Virus record (IMG/VR): IMGVR_UViG_3300020045_007949
Coordinates: 10,013-74,012 of that record
Length of the DNA: 64,000 nt
DNA from: a virus
Taxonomy: Duplodnaviria > Caudoviricetes
Direction: 5' to 3' (one strand)
This document shows, piece after piece, positions 9,874-19,387 of the stretch. The translations under genes and the position numbers were made by a program. The notes beneath the pieces are model-generated. The model saw only the letters and a list, made by a program, of their open reading frames with translations, was not told the DNA's origin and made no database searches. Positions within the stretch are counted from its first letter, which is position 1; every line of letters begins with the position of its first letter.

Positions 9874-10322
9874 TTAATCAATATTAAGAAGTTTCTTTAT
9901 CTCACATTCTATTGAATCTATTTGTTCAATATATAGGTGACGATTTTCAGTGTCTATATTTTCGTAAATACACTGTGACACACGCTTTCTTTGAGAAATT
10001 AAGTAATCTAATTTATTGGCTATACCAAAGTTAAAATCATAATACGCTTTAGTGTATAAATTTGTTATTTGCACTGCTTTTGGCTCTTCCATTGCATTTG
10101 TTTTAAGATTTAACTAATTGGGTCAGATTCTATTAAGCGTCTGACCTTCTTTTTTATTGGGTCGTAACCTCCGTCTTGAATCAAATGAGTTAAAGCAGAT
10201 ATTTGACCGATTAATACTGCTTCTTGGATAGTAATATCATAAATTTCTTTCTCCTTAATAATGCCAACGTGTTCTTCAATGAGCGAATCCCTGTACTGCT
10301 TCGCTTGTCTAATCTCCATCAT
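9874..10322 (-). other. Reverse-strand islet of two small hypothetical CDSs (9874-10092, 10110-10322)
   Basis: ORF track; a further short ORF and an AT-rich promoter-like region lie upstream at ~10330-10520. Confidence 0.6.
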
Positions 10323-10592
10323 AATTAATTTAGTTTTATGTTGTTCAATAATTCACTGGCAACTTCTGCTAACCATCTGTCTTTGTGACTAAAACTACTC
10401 AGACTGTCTAAATACATTCTCAGTGCTAATTTTAATATAACTTTCTCTTGCTCTGTATATTCCATAATTAGTTATTTTTTTATAAAATTACGAACTTTAT
10501 TTACAACTGCAAACAAATTAGCTAAAAATTTACTTTTTTTTGTCACATTTTTTGCTTATATTTGTTAGAAGTAACAATATATCCAAAATTCA

Positions 10593-11501
10593 ATGGCTGG
10601 CTGCAAAACTACCGTAAAATATCCAATCATAATCGACTGTAATGGCAATACATTAGGAATAGAAGACCTTGACTTTGTGCCATATACTGGTGCGGATAAA
10701 GATGTTGATTTGGGTGAATTTGGAGCAAAAATCGGTAATTTAGAATTTGATACATCTCCAACAAATAAACCAACTACCGCAGGTTCAGTAGTATGGAATC
10801 CGACAGATGGTACACTTGATATAATTTTAAAAGGTGCAAAAACTACTTTACAGGTAGGGCAGGAACAGGTTATTCGAGTTGTAAACGGCACTGGTGGTAA
10901 TCTAACTGAGGCTGAATACAAGTGTGTAAGAATTAATGATGCACAAGGACAAAGACCAAAAGTTGTTTTGGCTGAGGCTGATACGAATGAAAATACACTA
11001 AATACAATTGGTCTTGTTACTGAGGATATTGGTAACAATCAAGAGGGATATGTAACGACATTCGGTCTTGTTAGGGAAATAAACACCACAGGTTCGCTAC
11101 AAGGAGAAACTTGGAATGACGGAGATGTGCTTTATTTATCAGCTACAACGGCAGGTGGATTAACAAAAACGCCTCCTTCAAAACAGGTAATAGTTGGATT
11201 TGTTATTCATGCACACAATACTCAGGGGAGCATATTTGTAAGAATCCACGACATTCTTGCCTCGACAGGTGCAGTGCCACTTTATAGTACGAGAACTTTT
11301 AGTTCGACAGGGCTATTAACTTCTTTTTCTTTTAGTCATTTATTAGGAACTACACCTACGACAGTGTTAATAGAACCCCTAACACAAGATGCACGAGATT
11401 ACTCTCATATAACATATAGCTCTACTACCGTTACTATTAATTATTTAGTAGCACCACCAGTAGGAACAAATAATTTAGTATTTAACGCAAGTGTAATATA
11501 A
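10593..11501 (+). CDS. Virion/tail fibre-associated beta-rich protein
   Basis: G/T/V-rich; GD.LYLS.T.AG.LT motif seen in phage tail proteins; translationally coupled to the tailspike. Confidence 0.6.
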   Translation: MAGCKTTVKYPIIIDCNGNTLGIEDLDFVPYTGADKDVDLGEFGAKIGNLEFDTSPTNKPTTAGSVVWNPTDGTLDIILKGAKTTLQVGQEQVIRVVNGTGGNLTEAEYKCVRINDAQGQRPKVVLAEADTNENTLNTIGLVTEDIGNNQEGYVTTFGLVREINTTGSLQGETWNDGDVLYLSATTAGGLTKTPPSKQVIVGFVIHAHNTQGSIFVRIHDILASTGAVPLYSTRTFSSTGLLTSFSFSHLLGTTPTTVLIEPLTQDARDYSHITYSSTTVTINYLVAPPVGTNNLVFNASVI

Positions 11502-13117
11502 TGAAAATAAGCAATATAGCTGAATTAAAAACAAGAAGAGGCACAACTGGCTCTAATGTAAATGTACTTGGATATTATTCAAGCGGTGATGGCGGTGGAG
11601 GAGAGTTTTATTGGGATAATTCAAGTACGGAGACGGATAATGGCGGAACTATTATCAAAGTTACTGCTTTAACTACTGGTAGATGGAAAAGAATAATTGA
11701 CAAATCGCATATTAATGTTCTTTGGTTTGGTGCTGTGAATGGAACTACCGATTCAATTGTAGCTATCAATAAAAGCATCGAGTATGCCTTTAGTGAGAGA
11801 ATAGGAGAGGTAAAATTAAACGGAAAATTTAGGGTTTCAAGTAGTATATTACTGTATCCAAGCATAAACCTAAATGGAACTTCATCTGGATTTGATAATA
11901 ACGCAGGAACGGAAATTTCTGTAACAGTTGGATTTAATGGACATATTATAAAATCCAAGTTTGATGAAACTAACGCACCTGATATGTGGCAACATTGGGG
12001 TGGCATATCAGACATTAGTATTATAGGAGATAACCAACTTACTGGATGTGGTATTAAAATATACAGAGCAGGAGAAAACTTCTTAATCACCAAGATTCAA
12101 GTATTTAGGACTGCTTCTCATGGGGTAATGATATATGATGCAAGCACTCCATGTCATGTTGGGTATATTAGTTGCCATTGGTGTGGTCATCGTGATAATG
12201 GTGCAGGATTGTATATTGAAAATGCAATTCAAACCTCTGTGCAAATTCTGTATTTGGCAGGAGATAACAACAAACTTGGCTTATTGAAGTTAAAAAATAT
12301 ATACCAATCAAGTGTATTTCTTCAATCATTCAAATCAGAGCGTTCGGACTTTTCATCTACTAATCCATTAATGATAATGGGACACGACGATGTTATTGTT
12401 GTAGAAAATGGGAATGGTGGAATTTTAACGATAGGTGCTGGAAAGGTTTGGGTTGAAGATAATAAAGACTCAACTGGTAGTGTTATTAAAAATTATCACG
12501 ATGGTAGCTCTTCTAATGCACAAATTCAAATATTAGGTTCGATAGGAGTGTCTATTGACCCAACGAACGGGGTGTATGCCTATGATTATAATGGCGAGGT
12601 GACAGTCCCGTTTAATACTTTTGTTAATGTAATGGGAGTGCATGAGCTTGGTAGGCTAAATACAATGAAAGGCTCTTTTTCTACCACTGGATTGTATAAA
12701 TACGGCAGTAGTAGGATAAAAGGAATAGGAACTGTAAGTAACACAACAGAAAGTACAGATGGACTTTCACAGGTTGTTGTCGATGGAGTTACTGGTGGGC
12801 AAATGTATAATGCTAAGGGAGATTTTTATATATCACAAGGAAGTGTTACTGGTGATATTATAATTACAAATAATGCTGGTGTTGTTGGTAGGATATATCC
12901 AAACGGAAATATGTCTTTTGGTGATGCACTGTCAAATATAACAAGTGCAATAGCGAATTTCGCCTCCACTACAAAAGGATTTTTACCACCAAAAGTTACT
13001 ACTACTCAAAAAAATGCAATAGCATCACCAGTTAGCGGTTTAATGGTTTATGACACAACACTTAATAAGCTATGCGTATATGAAGGTAGTTCTTGGAAAA
13101 CAATTACAACTACGTAA
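11501..13117 (+). CDS. Tailspike / receptor-binding depolymerase with a pectin-lyase-like beta-helix
   Basis: N-terminal tailspike motif LGYY..GDGGGGEFYWD...DNGGT...GRWKR; NVLWFGA...D...AI (pectate_lyase_3-like start); C-terminal GFLPP..TT.Q..AI..P..GLMVYDT motif. Confidence 0.85.
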   Translation: MKISNIAELKTRRGTTGSNVNVLGYYSSGDGGGGEFYWDNSSTETDNGGTIIKVTALTTGRWKRIIDKSHINVLWFGAVNGTTDSIVAINKSIEYAFSERIGEVKLNGKFRVSSSILLYPSINLNGTSSGFDNNAGTEISVTVGFNGHIIKSKFDETNAPDMWQHWGGISDISIIGDNQLTGCGIKIYRAGENFLITKIQVFRTASHGVMIYDASTPCHVGYISCHWCGHRDNGAGLYIENAIQTSVQILYLAGDNNKLGLLKLKNIYQSSVFLQSFKSERSDFSSTNPLMIMGHDDVIVVENGNGGILTIGAGKVWVEDNKDSTGSVIKNYHDGSSSNAQIQILGSIGVSIDPTNGVYAYDYNGEVTVPFNTFVNVMGVHELGRLNTMKGSFSTTGLYKYGSSRIKGIGTVSNTTESTDGLSQVVVDGVTGGQMYNAKGDFYISQGSVTGDIIITNNAGVVGRIYPNGNMSFGDALSNITSAIANFASTTKGFLPPKVTTTQKNAIASPVSGLMVYDTTLNKLCVYEGSSWKTITTT

Positions 13118-14970
13118 TGGCTTATAGAATATATATAGCAAACTTCGAGGTAAGCGAAGAGAAGATTGAAGGCTTTGATAGTATCAAGGTTAAAAAGGTT
13201 CTCTCGGAAACTTATTGGGGTTATTGGAATGAAGATGGATTTGGATTTGGAACTGACGGAAGCACAAAGGTTGTCATAAAGGATGAACTTGCATCTTCTT
13301 GTATTAAAAAGGTTTTTGAAAGAGATTCTTTTTCAGCACAAATACCCGTAGTTATTCTAAATGAAGATTCAGGTCAGAGGATTGAACTTTTGATAGACTT
13401 TTCTGATTATGGTGAACCTGATTGCTGTTACGTAGAATGTTCTTTTAGGGCAAAAGGTGGCGGAGACTTACTTAGAAGTAGGGAAAAGGTTGAATATCCA
13501 CTTCAATTAACAGAAGGCATTCAAGTTCCGATTCGTGACCTTCCGAATAATATCAATTTCACGGTAGCCAATGCCACGCACACGACTACTACATCAACCG
13601 AACACTCAGTTCCATTATTAATCTCAGAAACATTTCCTGAGATCGGCACAGGTCAAACGGTTTTAGTTGAACAAATTAGACCGTTTTTTGTTTCATCAAT
13701 AAGTGGTTGTGTTGAATTAATTGGGTCAATAAAGGTTTTCGTACAAAGTAATGCAGTAAATACGCTTAATTTTTACATAAAAATAGGTGGAGTTGACACT
13801 TTGGTAGGCTCTTGCATAACGAACACGAGTCTCACTGAAAGGACTATTACAATTAATGAAACTTTCTACATAGGTATTAGCGATGAGATTTTCTTGTATG
13901 CTAAGTCAGTGACAGAGCCATTGACTTACACATATACATATAATGATTCATCAGGACTTTCTGTTTTAAGGTGTTCAGAAGAGCCAATAGAATGGAAAAC
14001 AGTTAAGGCGATTAGTGTAAGAGATGCTTTTGAAACTATAATCACTCAATCAACTAATTCGACATCAGAATTAGTGTCTTATCTATTCGACGATTGTGAA
14101 TTTGATGGATATTTAACTAATAACGAGGGATTGCAAGGGCAGAATAGCTCGATAAATGTAAGTCTATCTAAGTTATTTGAGGAGTTAAATAATAAATATC
14201 CAGCTTCGATAAATATAGAAGCCACGAAGGTTTCGGTATTATCAAGATGTGAGTTTATGGTTTGCAGGACTCCGTATAAATTAGAACCAATTTCGGTTAA
14301 AAGAGTTGTAAATGCAGACCTACTTTACTCGAATATAAAGGTAGGATATAATAATTGGAAGTCAGAAAGTAAATTCGGCTCTTTAGAATACAATTCGACG
14401 AGGGAATATCAAACAGAATATGTCATTTCAGCAAATACGCTCTCTCTCTTAAATGATTGGAGTTCATCTTCATCTATTATTAGCGAACAGATTAGAAAGA
14501 AAAAAGAGAAAGACGAGATTCATTGGATTATTGTAAATAAAGAGACAGGATACGCAGAAACAAACGAATATATAGATGCAGGGGTTTATCAGAACGACAG
14601 AGCGATTAATCTTAGGATAACTCCTGTGAGGAATTTGAATCGCTGGAGAAAGTTTATGTTAACAAATTCTCTTTTCGCAAGCGGAACTGGTAATTATAAT
14701 TTCTCATCAGATGACGATTATTCTTGCGGATGTATTGAAGAGGGCGGAGTTATTGCAGAAGACCAAGATATTTTAAGCGAGCCGATTATTGGAAAATTCC
14801 TTTACAACCTCGAACTTGATTCTTGCGGAATAGATATTAGTAGATTAATGGGTTGTGTATCTTTTGACTATTGCGGAGTAGAGAGAAAAGGATTCGTAAA
14901 ATCTTTGGAATACGCTATTTCTCAAACAAAAAGTGAATTAATTTATTTACAGGTGATAGAATTAATATGA
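13117..14970 (+). CDS. Probable minor tail/hub protein, Cys-rich
   Basis: About 617 aa from the TAATG-overlapping ATG at 13117; located in the tail cluster. Confidence 0.55.
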   Translation: MAYRIYIANFEVSEEKIEGFDSIKVKKVLSETYWGYWNEDGFGFGTDGSTKVVIKDELASSCIKKVFERDSFSAQIPVVILNEDSGQRIELLIDFSDYGEPDCCYVECSFRAKGGGDLLRSREKVEYPLQLTEGIQVPIRDLPNNINFTVANATHTTTTSTEHSVPLLISETFPEIGTGQTVLVEQIRPFFVSSISGCVELIGSIKVFVQSNAVNTLNFYIKIGGVDTLVGSCITNTSLTERTITINETFYIGISDEIFLYAKSVTEPLTYTYTYNDSSGLSVLRCSEEPIEWKTVKAISVRDAFETIITQSTNSTSELVSYLFDDCEFDGYLTNNEGLQGQNSSINVSLSKLFEELNNKYPASINIEATKVSVLSRCEFMVCRTPYKLEPISVKRVVNADLLYSNIKVGYNNWKSESKFGSLEYNSTREYQTEYVISANTLSLLNDWSSSSSIISEQIRKKKEKDEIHWIIVNKETGYAETNEYIDAGVYQNDRAINLRITPVRNLNRWRKFMLTNSLFASGTGNYNFSSDDDYSCGCIEEGGVIAEDQDILSEPIIGKFLYNLELDSCGIDISRLMGCVSFDYCGVERKGFVKSLEYAISQTKSELIYLQVIELI

Positions 14971-16049
14971 TAACTTTTGGAGTAAAACAAGTAGGATTTA
15001 GTTCCGATATTAACGACCCATTGTACCTAAAGCCAATAAATATAGCTTTGGGAGAATGGTGGTCACTTGCTGTTCCAAAATCAGCATTACCATCTTGTAA
15101 ATTAAAATTAGCAGTTGTTAAGAATATTGGGTCAATAAGTGACGCTGATTGTAATTGCGGAGTAGAGATTAATAAAATAATTGACAAAAGTTGTTTGTAT
15201 CAAATACCGAACGATGATACCTCTTATCTTAATCTAACCATTTTAGACAAGGAAATCATTCCTGCGTTTAACATAATCGTTGGAGAAGTTGAGATTCTTG
15301 AATTTGAAGGAGGAACAATTGATGATTTAATCCTCTTAATCAACGGGATGAATCTCGGAGTTGACGAATTGGGATATGGAATAAGGATTTACTTCGATAA
15401 GAAATATAATGGCTCAACAGCGACTATTCAAGGAGCAGAGGAAGCGGTAAAGGAAGTTTATTTACTAAACGATAAATTCTGCTTCCTCTGCTCCAAATAT
15501 GTAGGGATTAGTTTCTCGTTCTGCGAAATTGGTTGCCATAGACTCGCTTTCATTAACAATGATGGATGTATAGTTGCTTTTGCCAATCAATTTAACGTAG
15601 TCAAAAAAGCACCAAAAAATGAGAAAATAATCGAATATTACGCAAACGGATTTTATCATAGACATCGCTTATTCTTAGAATTAAAAACCGCTACGTACTT
15701 GAATGAGGAAGAACAGAAGACTCTTTCTACTGGTGATATTTCTATTCTTAATGTGATTATTCGCACACAAAGAGAATTTTATACAGGACTTTTAAATCAC
15801 AAGCAACATCTCGAACTCCTTTCAGTATTCAAGAAGGAGTTTAAGATTGACGGTAAAAAGGCTTTAATGTTGGGGAGTTATAATAATGACTCAGAAGGGT
15901 TCGGAAGAAAAAGCATCGGAAATGGAACTTTGAACTTCAAGGAAGAAACTTACAAGAACATTGACGCTTGCTCGACTGGTTGCGAAAGTGGGTCGATATT
16001 TATATATGAAATATATGAGACAGAAAAAGTACAAACTATTTTGCAATAA
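14967..16049 (+). CDS. Probable virion structural protein, Cys-rich
   Basis: 360 aa, ATGA-coupled to the upstream gene. Confidence 0.55.
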   Translation: MITFGVKQVGFSSDINDPLYLKPINIALGEWWSLAVPKSALPSCKLKLAVVKNIGSISDADCNCGVEINKIIDKSCLYQIPNDDTSYLNLTILDKEIIPAFNIIVGEVEILEFEGGTIDDLILLINGMNLGVDELGYGIRIYFDKKYNGSTATIQGAEEAVKEVYLLNDKFCFLCSKYVGISFSFCEIGCHRLAFINNDGCIVAFANQFNVVKKAPKNEKIIEYYANGFYHRHRLFLELKTATYLNEEEQKTLSTGDISILNVIIRTQREFYTGLLNHKQHLELLSVFKKEFKIDGKKALMLGSYNNDSEGFGRKSIGNGTLNFKEETYKNIDACSTGCESGSIFIYEIYETEKVQTILQ

Positions 16050-16070
16050 TAAATAATTGTGTTATATTTG
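16041..16070 (+). promoter_or_regulatory. Bacteroidota-type sigma-A promoter
   Basis: TTG...TATATTTG matches the -33/-7 consensus. Confidence 0.65.
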
Positions 16071-16255
16071 TCTTTCCAACCGAAAGTAAAATAATGAATG
16101 AGTAGTGAGAAACGAACAGCCATCTTTTACTTTTTACGTTAGTTGGAGATTCAGAACGATCCAAACACCGCTTTCACGAAGTCGCCAGTTATGAATAAGG
16201 ACTAATTAAAAAATAAAACTATAAACATAGCGGCTTATAATTATGGTATGAAACT

Positions 16256-16456
16256 ATGAAAAAGAAATTCGACCAAACTTTTGAAAAAGGAGCAGTATAT
16301 GACGACGATATAATGCAAATAATTAGAGAAATTAACCATATTTCACACAAGCCGACCGAAGAAGAAAAAGGCATTGTTGCAGGAGATGTGGGGGAACTTT
16401 CTTATTATACTATTTTGAGAAAGAAAATAAGGTTAGTATTATATGTCGAAGAATAA
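16256..16456 (+). CDS. Hypothetical protein in a standalone transcription unit
   Basis: 66 aa, between a promoter and a terminator. Confidence 0.6.
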   Translation: MKKKFDQTFEKGAVYDDDIMQIIREINHISHKPTEEEKGIVAGDVGELSYYTILRKKIRLVLYVEE

Positions 16457-16459
16457 ATT

Positions 16460-16524
16460 TCCAACCAAAAGGATTGCGATAATTTGAGGCGAAGCCGAAG
16501 ACATTTCGTAATCCGAAAGTTGGA
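16460..16524 (+). ncRNA. Candidate structured RNA (nested stems)
   Basis: TCCAAC/GTTGGA and GGATTGCGA/TCGTAATCC stems with an inner GGC-GAA-GCC hairpin. Confidence 0.4.
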
Positions 16525-16536
16525 CTCACTGATATT

Positions 16537-16573
16537 AAAATCCCTTCAATTTATGACGATTGAAGGGATTTTT
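16537..16573 (+). terminator. Intrinsic terminator (probably bidirectional)
   Basis: AAAATCCCTTCAAT / ATTGAAGGGATTTT inverted repeat. Confidence 0.8.
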
Positions 16574-16589
16574 GCGTTTTATTGATAAC

Positions 16590-16620
16590 TTGGAAATAAG
16601 AAATATTTTTCGTATATTTG
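16590..16620 (+). promoter_or_regulatory. Bacteroidota-type promoter
   Basis: TTG...TATATTTG upstream of 16665. Confidence 0.65.
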
Positions 16621-16664
16621 CCATTGAAATTTCACATTGATTAATCAAAAAAACCAACTCAACA

Positions 16665-17072
16665 ATGAAAAGTTTAATTTTAGCTTTCTTTTTATTAATT
16701 TCAAGTTTGACATTTGCTCAGACAAATCCTGCGACGAACTTTGTACCTGCTTTAGATACATTAACAAATGCTGGCACAGCACCATTGACAAAACTCTTGG
16801 TTGCACCTTATTCGACCGTAACAGTACAGGTAAAGGTAACTAAGATTTCGGGAACAGTTGGTGGAACAGTAACTTTAACAGGTAGTATCGACGGAAGTAT
16901 TTATTATGCTATTTCGGGTGCTTCCTCATTGACGCTTACTGATACTGCAACGCAAGGAACAATTTGGATTGTAACAGGAAACCCTTATAGTTATTACAAA
17001 GTCTTGGGTACAGGAACAGGAACTATGGCAGCTTCAATATCAGCAAAAGTTCTGCCGAGAAAGAATTTCTAA
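16665..17072 (+). CDS. Exported T/S/G-rich beta protein (moron-like)
   Basis: Signal peptide MKSLILAFFLLISSLTFA/Q; has its own promoter and terminator. Confidence 0.7.
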   Translation: MKSLILAFFLLISSLTFAQTNPATNFVPALDTLTNAGTAPLTKLLVAPYSTVTVQVKVTKISGTVGGTVTLTGSIDGSIYYAISGASSLTLTDTATQGTIWIVTGNPYSYYKVLGTGTGTMAASISAKVLPRKNF

Positions 17073-17083
17073 GTAGCCTACAC

Positions 17084-17127
17084 AAAAAAATCCGTATAGT
17101 TTTGTCATTGTGCGGATTTTTTTATTT
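17084..17127 (+). terminator. Intrinsic terminator
   Basis: AAAAAATCCGTA / TGCGGATTTTTT followed by a T-run. Confidence 0.75.
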
Positions 17128-17299
17128 AAAAACATTTGGAATTTAATTTTATTAGTACTACATTTGTGACATGAAAAACATTTCTCTACATACTCAACGC
17201 CAACTACCGCAAAATTTATTTGAGGAGTGCTGACTATGTATTGAATTTCAATATTAGAAAATGGCTTCTCATTAATTTGAGAAGCCATTTTTATTTTAA

Positions 17300-17375
17300 C
17301 TATCGGTGGAGGAGTCAGCCCGTCCTCGCCTGTCTTGGACACAGGAGTTCGCAAGTTGGAATCTTGCTCGATAGA
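17300..17375 (+). tRNA. tRNA-Pro(TGG)
   Basis: CTATCGG/TCGATAG acceptor, GAGG/CCTC D-stem, CCTGT-CTTGGAC-ACAGG anticodon arm, GCAAG-TTGGAAT-CTTGC T-arm; D- and T-loops are atypical. Confidence 0.75.
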
Positions 17376-17431
17376 CGATTAAGACTGTTATTAATTCATA
17401 GGTCGTGTGTAGATGCGTAGAATTAAATTAT

Positions 17432-17503
17432 TTCGGATTGTTGTAATGGTTAGCAAATTTGTTTTTGAAGCAAATAGTTGGGGTTCAAATCCCTAATCCG
17501 AAT
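17432..17503 (+). tRNA. tRNA-Gln(TTG)
   Basis: TTCGGAT/ATCCGAA acceptor, TTTGT-TTTTGAA-GCAAA anticodon arm, TGGGG-TTCAAAT-CCCTA T-arm. Confidence 0.8.
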
Positions 17504-17505
17504 CT

Positions 17506-17573
17506 AAGGCGTAGTTTAATTAAAACGACTTTTATGGGGAGAGTTGATATAGGTGAGAATCCTGTCTCTTTTA
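17506..17573 (+). pseudogene. Degenerate tRNA, Pro(TGG)-like
   Basis: GTTT/AAAC D-stem, ACTTT-TATGGGG-AGAGT arm (A33 instead of U33), ATAGG-TGAGAAT-CCTGT T-arm; the acceptor stem has two mismatches. Confidence 0.5.
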
Positions 17574-17576
17574 CAT

Positions 17577-17648
17577 GGTGTTATTACGCTAAAGGTAGGC
17601 GGATAGATTGTGAATCTATTGGTAACGGTTCGACCCCGTTATAATACC
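17577..17648 (+). tRNA. tRNA-His(GTG)
   Basis: G-1 and C73, ATAGA-TTGTGAA-TCTAT anticodon arm, AACGG-TTCGACC-CCGTT T-arm. Confidence 0.9.
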
Positions 17649-17654
17649 CTAAAA

Positions 17655-17729
17655 GGCGATATGATGCAAATGGAAGACATAGGATACTTAGAATATCCTT
17701 TTTTAAAGGTTCAAATCCTTTTATCGTCA
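17655..17729 (+). tRNA. tRNA-Leu(TAG) lacking the long variable arm
   Basis: GGCGATA/TATCGTC acceptor, GGATA-CTTAGAA-TATCC anticodon arm, variable region only TTTTTT, AAAGG-TTCAAAT-CCTTT T-arm. Confidence 0.8.
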
Positions 17730-17730
17730 C

Positions 17731-17804
17731 AATTTTATAGTTTAACGGAAAAACAGCCAAATACGAATTGGCAGACGATTGTTCGATTCAGTCTAAAATT
17801 ACCA
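17731..17804 (+). tRNA. tRNA-Arg(ACG)
   Basis: AATTTTA/TAAAATT acceptor, GCCAA-ATACGAA-TTGGC anticodon arm, encoded ACCA 3' end. Confidence 0.85.
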
Positions 17805-17840
17805 ATATAGCCAAGACTCATATATTGGCTATATCTTTTT
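17805..17840 (+). terminator. Terminator closing the tRNA cluster
   Basis: ATATAGCCAA / TTGGCTATAT followed by CTTTTT. Confidence 0.8.
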
Positions 17841-18210
17841 CTATTAGTGAATAAATCTTTTCTGTAATCCAACCATTCAAATAACAATACGCTTCTTGCG
17901 GTGAAACTGTATAATCTATTCCAAGTCTTTCGCACACAAAGAATGTGGCGTGACTAATTTCGTGACTCAAAGTTGATTTCCAAGAATAAGAGTCTAAATA
18001 TCTATCTGTATTTATTATGATTAATCCATGATGATTATGGCAATACCAACTATCTGCATAAAACTCAGACAATTCGTCTTTCAATGTAGCCATTAATAAG
18101 TCATTGGGTCTATATTTTTCAAACACAAAATCGCATATTTCATTAGGATTATTATGAACTGAAAATACAAACTGTATTGGGTAAATTTCACTCTTAAAAG
18201 TTTGTAACAT
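17818..18210 (-). CDS. HExxH zinc-metallopeptidase-like protein
   Basis: LSHEISHATF motif and a downstream E (QEAYCYL); start placed at ATG 18210. Confidence 0.65.
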   Translation of the reverse strand: MLQTFKSEIYPIQFVFSVHNNPNEICDFVFEKYRPNDLLMATLKDELSEFYADSWYCHNHHGLIIINTDRYLDSYSWKSTLSHEISHATFFVCERLGIDYTVSPQEAYCYLNGWITEKIYSLIEKDIANI

Positions 18211-18211
18211 A

Positions 18212-19387
18212 TTATCTCTTCCAGTTAAAAAATAATTCACTAAATAATTTTCCCTCTTCATTGTAGTTAAAAAATACGATACCGCTTTTACCTTTCTTAT
18301 ATCCCGTTTGAACCCAATTAGAAGAAGGAGATAACGCTGGGTAATTGTAGTAATTGAATCTATCCGAAGTTGAGTTGTCGAATAAATATTGGTGACTATC
18401 TCCTTTAGAAAACTCGATTACAACGTCTTTTTGAAGTAAAAAGTGTTCATCTATATAGTTATTTATTTTACCCTCTTGTATGGCATCTAAATGTGGCTTA
18501 AATCCAAACTTTAGGTTCTTAGAGTCTTTGCCGTGAGAGAGAATGAATATGTATTTTCCTACATTGTAGTGTTCAATGAACTTTCTGTGATTATAAACCT
18601 CAACTCTTCCTTTATGACACGCTTCCATATAAGTCTTAATTGCCGAATTTGCTATATAATCAAAAGATGCTGAATGGTTTGATTCACACACGTTATGACA
18701 AATAACCTTGTCATAAGTCAAAAGAAACGCCTCTATCATTCTTCTCTTGAAAGAAAACCCTAAATCAAACGCTTCTTGGTTTCCCATATTTTGAGGCAAA
18801 TCATGTTCTCTTCTTACAGTTTTGCCATCGAATCCGTCGAAGAAGTCGCCTAAATCATCAATGTAGAGCGTATTTGATTTTTGGTTATACATTGCGTGAC
18901 TAACTATTCTTATCAATCTATCTTCCACTTCTTCCTTATCCCACTTACCGCCATAAAGAGAATAGCCGTCCTCATTTGGTGTCATACCAATGTGAGTATC
19001 TGTAAATACTAATCTATCAAATGAATTACTTAAACCCAAAACACTAACTTTTTTAATTTCAATCGGCTTTAAAAGTGGCTCAAACTTTGCAAGGAAATTT
19101 CCTAAAATATCAACCACTTCTCTTTCTTGTTTTTCTTCGTAATAGGGATTCTCAACTCTCACAGATTCGCTCTTAGTTTTTAGCCAAATCATTTTAACAT
19201 CTTTCGGAGAAACACCTACATTATTACAGGCATCTACTATTCCATCGCTATTTTCTTCTCTTAGTCCTCTATACTCGTAAACCTGTTCTATTTGTTCCTG
19301 TGTTAGCCTGTATCTATTCTTAACTGTACTGTGTGTTAGCCCTAATAATGTGATTTCGTCTTGCGTGAGAGTCAGTTTCCTGTTCAT
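18212..19387 (-). CDS. Calcineurin-like metallophosphoesterase with an N-terminal extension
   Basis: DTHIG, DLGDFFDG, SNH, SHG and GDSH motifs; start placed at ATG 19387. Confidence 0.85.
   Translation of the reverse strand: MNRKLTLTQDEITLLGLTHSTVKNRYRLTQEQIEQVYEYRGLREENSDGIVDACNNVGVSPKDVKMIWLKTKSESVRVENPYYEEKQEREVVDILGNFLAKFEPLLKPIEIKKVSVLGLSNSFDRLVFTDTHIGMTPNEDGYSLYGGKWDKEEVEDRLIRIVSHAMYNQKSNTLYIDDLGDFFDGFDGKTVRREHDLPQNMGNQEAFDLGFSFKRRMIEAFLLTYDKVICHNVCESNHSASFDYIANSAIKTYMEACHKGRVEVYNHRKFIEHYNVGKYIFILSHGKDSKNLKFGFKPHLDAIQEGKINNYIDEHFLLQKDVVIEFSKGDSHQYLFDNSTSDRFNYYNYPALSPSSNWVQTGYKKGKSGIVFFNYNEEGKLFSELFFNWKR

Noticed and set aside
16480-16506. Hammerhead-like core (TGA-GGCGAAGCC-GAA)
   Set aside because: The CUGANGA box is replaced by AAUUUGA, so the catalytic core is incomplete. 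It is kept only as an unassigned structured RNA.
17376-17430. Possible theta (HDV-like) ribozyme in the 3' trailer of tRNA-Pro
   Set aside because: TTAATTC/GAATTAA could form P2 and ATA/TGT a P3, but there is no P1 3' strand, P1.1 or J4/2 catalytic C in the required order.
17220-17935. ORF-track entries 17220-17420, 17459-17644, 17610-17810, 17735-17935 and 17040-17354
   Set aside because: They overlap clear tRNA cloverleaves and terminators and have alternative starts with non-protein-like composition.
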